Below, in pieces: positions 1-9,058 of a DNA stretch of 64,000 nucleotides. Each line of letters begins with the position of its first letter. Position 1 is the stretch's first letter. Origin of the DNA: Acidimicrobiia bacterium (lineage in GTDB: Bacteria; Actinomycetota; Acidimicrobiia; Spongiisociales; Spongiisociaceae); assembly GCA_965231815.1 (NCBI GenBank), contig OZ246890.1, positions 1,692,888 to 1,756,887 of the forward strand. Reading direction: 5' to 3'. The notes below the pieces were generated by a model. That model searched no databases, was not told the DNA's origin, and saw only the letters and a list, made by a program, of their open reading frames with translations. The translations under genes and the position numbers were made by a program.

Positions 1-812
1 GGCGGGCCGGGGCAGCAGGCCCGATCAACGTACGGGCCGATTCCGGGTTCTGGTCCTACGCCATGCTCGCAGCCTTGGACCAACTCGGGGTGGGCTGGTC
101 GGTCACCGTCCCCCAAGACGCCAAGGTCAGAGCCGCGATCGCCGCGATCGACGAACAAGCCCGGACGGCTATCGCCTACCCCGACGGCGGCGAAGCACAA
201 GTCGCGGAAACCGTACTCGAGATGATCAACCCAAAAGAAACGGTCACAACGGCGCGAGGTACGTCTCGTGGTGCGCCGCACCCGCCTCGTCGGATCCCAA
301 CCACAGTTCTGGAAGAACTGGCGGCACCACGCGTTCGTTACCAACCTCGACGCGTCCCCAACCGACACCTACCGACACCACACCCACACCGAGAAGAACA
401 CCGACACCGACACCCACACCGAGAAGAACACCGACACCGACACTAGCCGTCGGTTGGTCGAATCGGACCGGTACCACCGCCGCCACGCGGTGTGCGAACT
501 CGCCATACGCGACCTCAAAGGCTCAGGAGGTCTAGCCCATCTACCATCCGGTGTCTTCAACGCGAACGCCGCCTGGCTGCTGTGCGCCGCCCTAGCCCAC
601 AACCTCTACCGGCAGATCGCCATCCTCGGACAAACCCAACCGTCCGCCCAACTCGTATACGGGCGCACCATCCGGACCCGACTGTCGGACTGCCCGGACG
701 TCTCGTCAACCACGGCGGACGCCCCATCCTGCGTCTACCCGCCCGATGGCCCTGGGCCACCGCCTACCAGACCACCCTCGCTAACCTCCGCGGCCTCCCC
801 CAACTCTGCTGA
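1..812 (+). pseudogene. IS1380-family DDE transposase remnant (C-terminal half, runs off left edge, frameshifted)
   Basis: Three successive frames spell one IS1380-type transposase: RADSGFWSY...LDQLGVGWSVTVPQ (frame 3), VRRTRLVGSQPQFWKNWRHHAFVTNLD and HRRHAVCELAIRDLKGSGGLAHLPSGVFNANAAWLLCAALAHNLYR (frame 1), GLPGRLVNHGGRPILRLPARWPWATAY (frame 3). There are at least two frameshifts (near 250-270 and near 680) plus an internal 30-bp duplication. Confidence 0.75.
381..440. repeat. Perfect 30-bp tandem duplication inside the transposase remnant
   Basis: cacccacaccgagaagaacaccgacaccga occurs twice back to back (381-410 and 411-440). It adds a repeated THTEKNTDTD peptide to the reading frame. Confidence 0.95.
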
Positions 813-1566
813 CCCACCCCGAACAGCCCCGCCAACCCGAACAATCAGCCCCACCCCAACCCCACACGTCCCAAACCACCGAAACCAACCCCACCACCGC
901 TAACCCCACCGAACCACACCCCCAAACACCCCCAAACTGAACCCCCCCGGGTTTTCCGCCCGGACGAGGATGCCAACGGATCCGGGAACCGAGCACCACC
1001 TCCGAGCCTAGGACATAGGGATTGGGTGAGACGGCCACCGGCCGCACTGGGACTCTCGCCGGTCAAAGATTCGGAGCGGTTCCACCACTGAAGGCCCCGG
1101 GTGAACCCAGCTTCCAGCCACGCCGCTTTGCTCCATGTCCAGCCATACAGAAATCCTTTTACCTGCAACCCCGATGAGCGGCGCCGCAGCAACGATACTG
1201 ACCGGCTAGGACACCGGACCTGGACCAGGGGTCCGCCAGCAAGACGTACACGGCCCGGTGCCGTATGGAGGGCCGAAGGCAAGCTCCGGCGGTGCCTACC
1301 AAATTAGAACCTGACGGCATACCAGCGGTTCGGTCGGCACTTCGGGTGAGTCGAACCCTTCCGCCGATGCCGAGACGAACCCCCAACCACCCTTCGTTCC
1401 CCGGTAGCGAAGGTTACTAGCCAGACGAGGTAGGAGAACGCTTCGAGCGGTTCGTGAGTACGGTTTTTATTGCGGAGCAGGCGGCCGTTGAGTTGACCCT
1501 GCCGGAGAACATGTGCCCGACACCGACCAAAGCAGTGCCTACCCCACGAAACCGCGCAGCCTCGAC

Positions 1567-2463
1567 TTAGAACGGCGCTTGGTCGATAGCGGGCCGGCTG
1601 CCGACACCCGCGGTGCCGTCGATCTTGATCTCGATTGATGAGAGGTGAACGTCAAAGTAGAACGCTCCTTGCAGTTGGTCGTTCTCCTTCTCGGCTCTAC
1701 GCAACTGCTCGGCCTGCTCCCTCGACAGCAGGGACGCGTCCTGAGCGAGCATTCGAGATAGCTTGTTGGCCTGATCGAACGAGGTAGCGTGTGCGAGTTC
1801 ATCGACTATTGCCGCAGTTAGCTTCTCCGAGGTCCTCTTGTCCTTCAGCAGAACCTTGACGAGGTTCATTGCGAGCGTTTTTGGCTGTTGGCTAGCAGCG
1901 TTGGTCACCGCCTGCACCGAGCCGAAAAAGCCGTACGGCAGTAGATCGAACTGAACCGGGACGACGGCTACTCCACGACCCAGAGCGATGCCGACCTCTT
2001 GGTCACACCAATCGCTCTCACGGAAGCCCTGGTGGAGAAGCCCGGCTAGGGCGTCGCAGGAGTGAAGCGCTGACTCGACAACGAGCCGCCACTCCTTTCC
2101 CGGCTGAATGTCATCATGAGCGACGAAGGCATCGACGCCGTAAAAGCGGAGATACGACTTCAATGAGTGTGCTGCCAGCTTCTGAGTGGCCACATGGGTC
2201 AAGAAGAGCCGAAACCTGTCATCCTCCCAGGGTTCGTCGCCCGGGCGAGAATGGCCCATGAAATATTGGTCAATCCCAGCGAGGTTGTCGTCTTCTCCGT
2301 GCTTAAGGGAGGTAACGATGTAGGACCTCATGCCTTCTTGCCAATCGTCCAAGGTTGGGAAGCCGAACTGCTCTAGGACGAGGTCGATTTCTCCCCAGTC
2401 GTTCGTGGCTGCGAGCCGCGTGGCGACACGCTTAATGACGTCGACGCGCTGACCGGGCTGCAT
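1567..2463 (-). CDS. TIR-domain protein (central TIR flanked by an unknown ~80-aa N-domain and a helical ~110-aa C-domain)
   Basis: 298-aa ORF. Residues ~84-185 read RLFLTHVATQKLAAHSLKSYLRFYGVDAFVAHDDIQPGKEWRLVVESALHSCDALAGLLHQGFRESDWCDQEVGIALGRGVAVVPV. This matches the bacterial TIR pattern (F-hydrophobic-S/T-H ... D..I.PG..W ... S.WC..E). Visibly more AT-rich than neighbours. Confidence 0.7.
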   Translation of the reverse strand: MQPGQRVDVIKRVATRLAATNDWGEIDLVLEQFGFPTLDDWQEGMRSYIVTSLKHGEDDNLAGIDQYFMGHSRPGDEPWEDDRFRLFLTHVATQKLAAHSLKSYLRFYGVDAFVAHDDIQPGKEWRLVVESALHSCDALAGLLHQGFRESDWCDQEVGIALGRGVAVVPVQFDLLPYGFFGSVQAVTNAASQQPKTLAMNLVKVLLKDKRTSEKLTAAIVDELAHATSFDQANKLSRMLAQDASLLSREQAEQLRRAEKENDQLQGAFYFDVHLSSIEIKIDGTAGVGSRPAIDQAPF

Positions 2464-2825
2464 GCGATGAGTTTATGAAGCGTCTCAGCGAAAGGAGCGT
2501 CATTCGTATGAGGGTGTGCCTTTCTTACACCGCGGACACGATAGGGGGTGGGGAGATCACCAGGCTTGCCAGACTGATACTGGAGAGGCTCACCGGTCTG
2601 GCCGCTGGAATCCCCCGCGCTTTCGTGGTGACTGTCACGACAGCCCTGGATTATGGGGCATTGTCGAAACCTGTCCATGTACCGAACCTCGACGCACCAC
2701 GATCCGGATCGTGTCATCCGGTTCCATTCTGTGGTAGCCACTGCCGGGATCCTCATCCAGTACCGGGGCGGCCCGCCGCGCTAGAGCGAGGTGCGCGACC
2801 ATCTCCAGCCGTAGTATCAGTTGGC

Positions 2826-3857
2826 ATGGGCCGTATTACACATCCGCAGTTCCTTAGGTCGGGACGTGAGGTCCTACGCTTCGCGCAGCAGCTTCGTCTC
2901 GAGTGGTCGAGGGCTCGGGTGGGTGGGCTGTCGGCTGAGATCGCTTTCTTCGCGCTCTTGGGGCTGTTCCCGGCTGTGGTGGTGTTCGCCGCGGCGCTTG
3001 GCTCGCTTTACGTGGTGATCGGCGAAGGCGCGGCTGCCGACATCGAGCAATGGCTACTCGACCAGGTGCATGAGATCTTCGGTTCCGACAACACGCTGCG
3101 CTCTACCATCGCGGATCTCTTCGACCGGTCGAATGCGGGACTGATCACTGTTGGAGTTGTTTTGACGATGTACGCCTCGTCACGGGGCTTTGTCGCCGTG
3201 ATACGCGCCCTGGACGTGGTATATGACCACGACGAGCGCAGAAGCTGGCTGTTCACCCGTGTTCTGGGTGTCGGCCTGACAGCTTCCACGATTCTGGTGG
3301 CTGCGGTGGTTACTGCGATGGTGGTGGTCGGTCCCTTGCTGGGTGGCGGCGAAGAGGTGGCTGATCGCTTAGGGGCCGGCTCGATATTTACCTGGGCTTG
3401 GGGGTGGTTGCGCTGGCCTGTGGTGTTCGCGGTTGTTGTCTTGTGGGCCGCCTCCGTCTACCACATGGGGTACCGTCGGCGGGGTCCATGGCGGTGGGAG
3501 TTGCCGGGGGCGGTGGTGGGTACCGGATGGTGGTTGGTCGTTTCGGCAGGTTTCGGCGCCTATCTCGAGTTGGCCTCCAGCGGCGTGAACGCGGTGTTCG
3601 GGTTGCTGGGTGGGGCTCTGAGCCTGCTGCTGTGGCTGTATCTTCTGGCGATGGGCCTGTTGGTCGGCGCTGGGTTGAACATGGTGCTGACCCGCCGGAC
3701 CTCAACTCGGGAGACGCATGCTGGTATTCCCCTCGTTGCTTGGGGGGATGCCACCACAGATCGTGGCGCTATGTGCCGTCGCGGAAGGATGTCGTTACCG
3801 GCGAGGCTCATCGGTCGGCTCGTTCGAGCCACCATACGAACGACTCGGCGTCGCTAA
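2826..3857 (+). CDS. YihY/BrkB-family integral membrane protein
   Basis: From the ATG at 2826: MGRITHPQFLRSGREVLRFAQQLRLEWSRARVGGLSAEIAFFALLGLFPAVVVFAAALGSL, followed by multiple hydrophobic helices. The 5' extension of the ORF track (2475-2825) is not protein-like. Confidence 0.75.
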   Translation: MGRITHPQFLRSGREVLRFAQQLRLEWSRARVGGLSAEIAFFALLGLFPAVVVFAAALGSLYVVIGEGAAADIEQWLLDQVHEIFGSDNTLRSTIADLFDRSNAGLITVGVVLTMYASSRGFVAVIRALDVVYDHDERRSWLFTRVLGVGLTASTILVAAVVTAMVVVGPLLGGGEEVADRLGAGSIFTWAWGWLRWPVVFAVVVLWAASVYHMGYRRRGPWRWELPGAVVGTGWWLVVSAGFGAYLELASSGVNAVFGLLGGALSLLLWLYLLAMGLLVGAGLNMVLTRRTSTRETHAGIPLVAWGDATTDRGAMCRRGRMSLPARLIGRLVRATIRTTRRR

Positions 3858-4189
3858 GCGTCGATCCTTGCTCGCCAAGGAACACGGCCAGTGCATCGGC
3901 CAACTCTCGTACATGGTTCTGCCCGCCGCGGAAGAACCGGCGGGGATGGGTGAAGACGAGCCCCGCGTGCCGCTGTCGTTCGGCTGTGATGCGCCGGTGG
4001 AGCACTGCGAAGTCCTTCACGTTTTCGGTCACGACCGTTCTGCCACCGGCCGTCGCGGCCCGGAAGTAAATCCTCGTCGGGCAGCCCGATCAGATCGGAG
4101 CGCTCCTCGACGGCTACGACGTCGTGTCCCCGGTCCCGGAGGAGGGCCGCGACGCTCGGATCGTGCATCTCGTCAAGGAGGAGTTTCAC
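3808..4189 (-). pseudogene. DUF5615/Mut7-C-like PIN-type toxin, apparently frameshifted
   Basis: Frame A (4189 down) reads MKLLLDEMHDPSVAALLRDRGHDVVAVEERSDLIGLPDEDLL, then nonsense. Frame B continues the family pattern: (F)RAATAGGRTVVTENVKDFAVLHRRITAERQRHAGLVFTHP. The frames switch around 4055-4066. Confidence 0.6.
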
Positions 4190-4632
4190 CCCGACAATAT
4201 CCTGCGCTCGTTCTCCCAGGCGGCCAACTCACGGTCGGCGATGTCGTTGTTGTGCGCGATCTCAGCGTCGATCTCGTCGGTGAACTCTGCGTAGTACCGG
4301 CTGGTTGTGCGGACCTGCCCTTGGGTGAGGCCGAGTTGAGCGGCGGCTGAGGTTACTCGTTCATCGAGGCTTTCCGCCAGACCCAGTAGCAGACCAACAA
4401 CCTCACACACGTCGGGTCCGGCAGCCAGACCAGCGCGCCGACCGCTCGGACCGTCACGGAAGACGATCCCGGGGTGGGATTCCATGCGAAGCCCCTCGTC
4501 GATCAGTCGTTCCCCCGCGGATGAGATCGATTCAGCCCGCTGGGCCGCACCCCGTTTGAGCCGCTCGTAGGCGCCCTGGCGCTTGAACCGGATCGATAGA
4601 ACAGTCATGGTGAAAATGTAGTTGATTGTCAC
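4186..4632 (-). CDS. Antitoxin-like protein (RHH-like N-terminus plus DUF433/VapB45-like middle region)
   Basis: Overlaps the downstream toxin start by 4 nt. MTVLSIRFKRQGAYERLKRGAAQRAESISSAGERLIDEGL is ribbon-helix-helix-like. HPGIVFRDGPSGRRAGLAAGPDVCEVV ... LGLTQGQVRTTSRYY is DUF433-like. The start may be the internal ATG at 4608. Confidence 0.55.
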   Translation of the reverse strand: MTINYIFTMTVLSIRFKRQGAYERLKRGAAQRAESISSAGERLIDEGLRMESHPGIVFRDGPSGRRAGLAAGPDVCEVVGLLLGLAESLDERVTSAAAQLGLTQGQVRTTSRYYAEFTDEIDAEIAHNNDIADRELAAWENERRILSG

Positions 4633-4756
4633 CGGAAAGCCGGCTGGTTTGGTCAGGTTCCTACCACGGTGAGGCCCGTGGGCGGTCTACGTTGGGCAAA
4701 ACTTCCAAGTATGATCGGGATAGGGTTTGGGAATAGCTGACTGGTAAGGTATAGGA

Positions 4757-5836
4757 ATGAGGGTTCGTCGGGTTCTGATGGTGGCGGTGATCGCCGTCTG
4801 GGCAGTGGTACCGGCACCCGTGTCGGGGGAGGACGCTTCGGGGGCGGGGACGCCGGTTGCCCTCTGCGACCAGGCTTCAGTAAACCAGTTTTCAGACGTG
4901 GATGCAGGTCGTTACGCCGCGGATTACATCCTGTGTATGAAGGTTTTGGGTTTGTCGGTGGGTACGGCAAGGGGCGCCTACGATCCGGAATCGGATCTCA
5001 CACGGGCACAGATGGCCACGTTCCTGGTGCGTCTATGGCGGGACGTGTTGGGGAGGCAATGTCCTGAGGGCGTGGAGGCGCCATTCGTCGATACATCTGG
5101 GAATGCCCATAAGGGCAGCATCGACTGCTTGCACGGGTTGGGTATCACCGTGGGTACGACCGCGGTGACTTACGGGCCGTTCGAGACACTGACAGGTTCT
5201 CAGATTTCGCGGTTCTTGGCGCGTTTCTACGACAACGCTGACAACAGTTGCGGACCTCCAGGTGAGGAACTTGATAGGGCCGTGAATTGTATGGTCGCCT
5301 TGAGAGTTATCCCGTCGGAAGCTGAAGGCAGCAGCACCGGGGCGGTGACCAGGTACCAGATGGCTGTGTACTTGATCGGGCTCTGGCATAACCTGGCGGG
5401 GCGTGGTCTCCCTCCGCCGCCACCCCATAAACCTGACCGTGATCCGACCGCATCCGGCGAAACCGTGGCCGTGACCCGACGGTCGCAGGACGAAGACGGG
5501 GAAGAAGACGATGACGATGACGACGATGACAGCCTCAATGCATTGACAACCACGCGTACTACAGTCGGTTTACAAACAACGACCGGTTCTACGGTTCCTG
5601 ATGACACTCCGTTTACGGATAATGATGGGTTTGATACTCCGTTTACGGATAATGACGGTACTGATTCGGATGGTTTTGACACTCCTGAGGGGGGTTCGAC
5701 GGTCGGTACTCGGGCGACTACCGCGACTACGGTTTCTGTAACCTCTACGACGAGGTCGACATCCTTGACGACTGGTTCTACGGTTCCCGACAACAGCCCA
5801 TACAGCGACGACAGCGACGACAGCGACAGCGATTGA
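4757..5836 (+). CDS. Secreted SLH-domain protein with an acidic/Thr-rich repetitive C-terminus
   Basis: Signal-like N-terminus MRVRRVLMVAVIAVWAVVPAPVSG. SLH-type repeats (FSDVDAGRYAADYILCMKVLGLSVGT...YDPESDLTRAQMATFLVRLW; FVDTSGNAHKGSIDCLHGLGITVGT). Poly-D run and DTPFTDNDG tandem repeats. Confidence 0.75.
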   Translation: MRVRRVLMVAVIAVWAVVPAPVSGEDASGAGTPVALCDQASVNQFSDVDAGRYAADYILCMKVLGLSVGTARGAYDPESDLTRAQMATFLVRLWRDVLGRQCPEGVEAPFVDTSGNAHKGSIDCLHGLGITVGTTAVTYGPFETLTGSQISRFLARFYDNADNSCGPPGEELDRAVNCMVALRVIPSEAEGSSTGAVTRYQMAVYLIGLWHNLAGRGLPPPPPHKPDRDPTASGETVAVTRRSQDEDGEEDDDDDDDDSLNALTTTRTTVGLQTTTGSTVPDDTPFTDNDGFDTPFTDNDGTDSDGFDTPEGGSTVGTRATTATTVSVTSTTRSTSLTTGSTVPDNSPYSDDSDDSDSD

Positions 5837-7050
5837 CAGGTTCTCGTTCGGTCGGAACGATTGACCGGGGGATTGGTTATCCGCAGGATCCCGCGTTGGG
5901 TGGGTTGGAGGACCTGTTCGATCCCGAGTGGGTTTGGGAGGCGTACTGTCGGCGGTTCGGTCAGCGTGGGTCGGGTCCTGCCCGTGTTGTACTCCGTCTG
6001 GTTAACCACAGTCCGGGAAAGCGTATCCTGGTCTCCTACAGGATCAAGTGGCAACGCGACGATTACCTGCCGCCGGAGTACTTCACGTTGTCGGTAGAGC
6101 GTGGCGCCTCAGTTGAGGTCTTTCGTTACCCGCATGATCCTTATCTGCCGGGCCTTGCCGAAGCAGCCGATCCCGAGGCTGCCCACCGGTTGATCGGCCG
6201 CTATGTTCTGGTCTTCCCCGGCCGTCGGGTACGCGTGGAACTTGTTCGCTATCGACCCCGCAGCCGGGCGGTGCTACGGCACCGGGTGGGCAAAGTAAGA
6301 CTCTACGTTCGGGTGATGCGACCGGTGGGTATGTCTCCTTTGCTGGAAGCCGCTCGACTCGTGGCACGTTCGGGATTCGCTGCTCCCCGAGTGGCTGGAC
6401 GCTGGGACGACGGTGGGGTGGTGTGGCTGTCGGAAATACCGGGCATCAACGTGCGCCGCTCTCTGAGACGGGGCGATCCTCCAACCCCCGGCCTTGTTCT
6501 AGACGGATTGGAAAGTCTTTGGCGTCTTCCTCCCCACACCACACGGGCCTGTCCGTTCGGGCTTCGCGGGCGGTACTACTACGCAAGCCGGATTCTCCAC
6601 CACGCCCTGGAGAACTACCCGACGGTGTCTCTGCTCCGGGATGCTACCCGGGCACTGGATCCGTTCGTCGAGGGCTGGAGACCGTCGGGCATCGCCCACA
6701 ACGACTTCTATGACGACCAGATGATCGTGCTACCCGACGGAAGGCTAGCCCTAGTGGATTTCGAGGAGGCCGGACCGGGCGACCCCATGCTCGATATCGG
6801 GAACTTCCTGGCTCACCTCAAATGGAACTCGACCTTCAACAAGAACATCAACGGGGACCCTAACGGCGCTTACTACGATCTGTTCCGGTCCGCTGCCCTG
6901 GAACGGAACCGTTGGAACGAGGCGGACCTCAACCTGCGCGAAGCGGTCTGCCTGTTCAGGATATCGGCCAACCCCATCCGGCGACCTCGTTCCGGATGGC
7001 GCGACAAAGTCGAAACCGGCTTACAACTAGTCAACGACGTACTGGGGTGA
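5833..7050 (+). CDS. Phosphotransferase-family (APH/choline-kinase-like) protein
   Basis: Kinase catalytic/Mg loop pattern IAHNDFYDDQMIVLPDGRLALVDFEEAGPGDPMLDIGNFLAHL. 4-nt overlap with the upstream SLH gene. Confidence 0.7.
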   Translation: MTGSRSVGTIDRGIGYPQDPALGGLEDLFDPEWVWEAYCRRFGQRGSGPARVVLRLVNHSPGKRILVSYRIKWQRDDYLPPEYFTLSVERGASVEVFRYPHDPYLPGLAEAADPEAAHRLIGRYVLVFPGRRVRVELVRYRPRSRAVLRHRVGKVRLYVRVMRPVGMSPLLEAARLVARSGFAAPRVAGRWDDGGVVWLSEIPGINVRRSLRRGDPPTPGLVLDGLESLWRLPPHTTRACPFGLRGRYYYASRILHHALENYPTVSLLRDATRALDPFVEGWRPSGIAHNDFYDDQMIVLPDGRLALVDFEEAGPGDPMLDIGNFLAHLKWNSTFNKNINGDPNGAYYDLFRSAALERNRWNEADLNLREAVCLFRISANPIRRPRSGWRDKVETGLQLVNDVLG

Positions 7051-7052
7051 GT

Positions 7053-7260
7053 TAGCCCTGATTATTCAGGTTTCCCACACACCGAGGCATGTAACGCCTG
7101 TTCAACCCGAGTATCAAGATAAACCCGCCGTTCACCCGACAGGTGAATCTCCACACCGGACTGAAACGGGAAACGCCGATAGCTGTACTGCCTGGTCAGG
7201 GCGCGAATATGGTCGTCTCCGCTCATCCTCCAAACCCCCATCCATGAATAATCGGGGCTA
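7053..7260 (+). mobile_element. MITE-like repeat family 1, copy 1 (~208 bp, TA-flanked, imperfect terminal inverted repeats)
   Basis: Starts TAGCCCTGATTATTCAGG and ends CCATGAATAATCGGGGCTA. Shares conserved blocks with 13352-13561 (inverted) and 48698-48904: gttcacccgacaggtgaa, gccgatagctgtactgcctggtcagggcgc, ctcatcctccaaaccccca. Confidence 0.85.
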
Positions 7261-7602
7261 GGAGAATCTCACTGTTCACCCGGCGGGTCCTCGACGTATG
7301 CGCGCCATCTCGATCCATGAAGGGCCATGTTGACCGGCGGGGCCATGGTGTGTCGTCGGTCCGCGGACCGGGACCGGAGGTGAATCGTTGTCCCGAGGTC
7401 CCCGCTCAACAATTCGCGCCGGCAAGTGTGGTATGCTTAGAGGGATTCCGGCTCTAGTAGGTCGGGCTGGTGGGTTCGCAGACGCGTCTTTGGTTCTTTC
7501 CGTCATCATGGACTTGCCCCGGGAGATTGTCCGAATACCAGTCTTCCATTGATTCACTAACGAACCCGTGCAGCCGCTCGCGCTAAGCGGGCAAGGAGAC
7601 CC

Positions 7603-8898
7603 ATGCCACCCACATTCGCCCAGTTGGGCGTTCCCAAGTCCATCTGCCACGCCCTTGCCCGGCGCGGTATTACTCAACCGTTCGAGATCCAGACAGCCGC
7701 GATGCCCGACGCGTTGGATGGCCGTGACATTTGCGGTCACGCTCCCACGGGGTCGGGCAAGACGCTCGCCTTCGGTATTCCGCTCGTGGCGAATGCAGGT
7801 AAGGCAAGACCATATAGACCCCAGGCCCTCGTGCTGGCTCCGACCCGAGAACTCTCTCATCAGATCATGACCGAGCTCCGGTCCCTCTCGGGAAAGATTC
7901 GTGTGGCGGTCGTCTATGGCGGTGTGGGATACGGGCCCCAGATCGGAGCCCTCCGTCGTGGGGTACACATACTCGTAGCGTGCCCCGGCCGCCTAGAAGA
8001 CCTGATCGATCAACGCGCGGTAGACCTCTCTGATGTCGACCAGGTGGTTGTTGACGAGGCTGACCGGATGGCTGACATGGGGTTCATTCCAGCGGTGCGG
8101 CGTCTACTCGACCAGACTTCGAGCAGACGGCAGACGATGCTGTTCTCCGCCACGCTTGATGGCCCGGTCAGGTCACTAACCCGCGACTACCAGCACCATC
8201 CTGCGCGCCATAGAGTAGGCGCGGCAACACCTGACGTTATCGCTGCTGACCATGTGTTCTGGAACGTCGCCAGAACGGATCGGCTCAGGGTCGCTTCCGA
8301 GACGATCAACACCGCGGGGTCGACGATCGTCTTTTGCCGGACCCGTCATGGCTGTGACCGGATAGTCCGCCAACTCGACCGCAATGGTGTCCGGGCCGCC
8401 GCGATCCATGGCAAACGAAGCCAGAGCCAGCGGACTAGGGCGTTGGAGGACTTCGCCTCCGGAAAGGTCCAAGCGTTGGTCGCAACCGACGTTGTTGCCC
8501 GAGGGATACATGTAGAGGATGTCCGGGCTGTCATCCACTTCGACCTTCCCGCCGACCATAAGGCTTACCTTCATCGATCGGGCCGGACCGCCCGCGCAGG
8601 CGCCGGCGGCGTCGTGGTTTCGCTCGTTCCTCCCGATCAGGTTAGAGATATCCGGCAGATCAAACGACGACTCGGCCTCCAGCAGCGTATTACTCAGGTG
8701 GATCTCAGGGCTATCCAACCCCTTGTCCATGCGTCACCCCATCCTCAATCCCGCAAGGTGGCCAACGATTCTACAAGTCGCCAACATCGGAACTCCCAGC
8801 AACGCCGCCGGTATACCGGCAGGAACAGGTATCGGCAACGACCTAGCAATCACAAGCGGTCACGGTCCAAGAATCCGAAAGAGCGCGCGACCGTCTGA
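7603..8898 (+). CDS. DEAD-box ATP-dependent RNA helicase with a basic C-terminal tail
   Basis: Q-motif region FAQLGVPKSICHALARRGITQPFEIQ, Walker A APTGSGKTLAF, DEAD box VVDEADRM, SAT, HRSGRTARAG. AAGGAG Shine-Dalgarno sequence upstream of the ATG. Confidence 0.9.
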   Translation: MPPTFAQLGVPKSICHALARRGITQPFEIQTAAMPDALDGRDICGHAPTGSGKTLAFGIPLVANAGKARPYRPQALVLAPTRELSHQIMTELRSLSGKIRVAVVYGGVGYGPQIGALRRGVHILVACPGRLEDLIDQRAVDLSDVDQVVVDEADRMADMGFIPAVRRLLDQTSSRRQTMLFSATLDGPVRSLTRDYQHHPARHRVGAATPDVIAADHVFWNVARTDRLRVASETINTAGSTIVFCRTRHGCDRIVRQLDRNGVRAAAIHGKRSQSQRTRALEDFASGKVQALVATDVVARGIHVEDVRAVIHFDLPADHKAYLHRSGRTARAGAGGVVVSLVPPDQVRDIRQIKRRLGLQQRITQVDLRAIQPLVHASPHPQSRKVANDSTSRQHRNSQQRRRYTGRNRYRQRPSNHKRSRSKNPKERATV

Positions 8899-9058
8899 TC
8901 AAGCCAAGTTACTCCGGTACGACTGGACGCCTGAGCGGTAGATAGTTGCTTATGCACCATTCGAAGACTAAGTTATCCAGGGCTGTACCGAGCATGGTTG
9001 CTGAACCGGGCTAAGGGTACCGGGGAGTGGGTTTGAGAAGGAGGTACCTGATAGGCCG

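Noticed and set aside
813-1566. A ~750-bp stretch without credible ORFs between the IS1380 remnant and the TIR gene. I checked it by eye for group II intron domain V, tmRNA/tRNA-like ends (gggttcgactcaccc on the minus strand) and RNase P motifs.
   Set aside because: No complete hairpin matching domain V, no acceptor/CCA context and no conserved RNase P or tmRNA blocks. It is probably the IS end plus decayed DNA. A covariance-model scan (Rfam/Infernal) would be needed to say more.
2475-2825. N-terminal 117-codon extension of the YihY-family ORF in the ORF track.
   Set aside because: The extension is not membrane-protein-like and lies in the divergent promoter region shared with the TIR gene. 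The family-typical sequence begins at the ATG at 2826.
5500-5830. Tandem nucleotide repeats (the actccgtttacggataatga units, poly-GAC/GAT runs, and the ggtggcgg runs at 12600-12690) examined as possible CRISPR or satellite arrays.
   Set aside because: They lie in frame inside long ORFs and encode low-complexity linkers (DTPFTDNDG repeats, poly-Asp, poly-Gly). There is no repeat-spacer organisation and no cas genes in the window.
7276-7968. 230-aa minus-strand ORF overlapping the DEAD-box helicase start region.
   Set aside because: Low-complexity, Arg/Gly/Pro-rich shadow ORF typical of high-GC DNA. It lies antisense to a gene with clear helicase motifs. The same reasoning rejects the other long antisense ORFs in the track, for example 13638-14444, 14481-15335, 21936-22739, 39738-40562, 41091-41729, 46629-47393 and 59472-60398.
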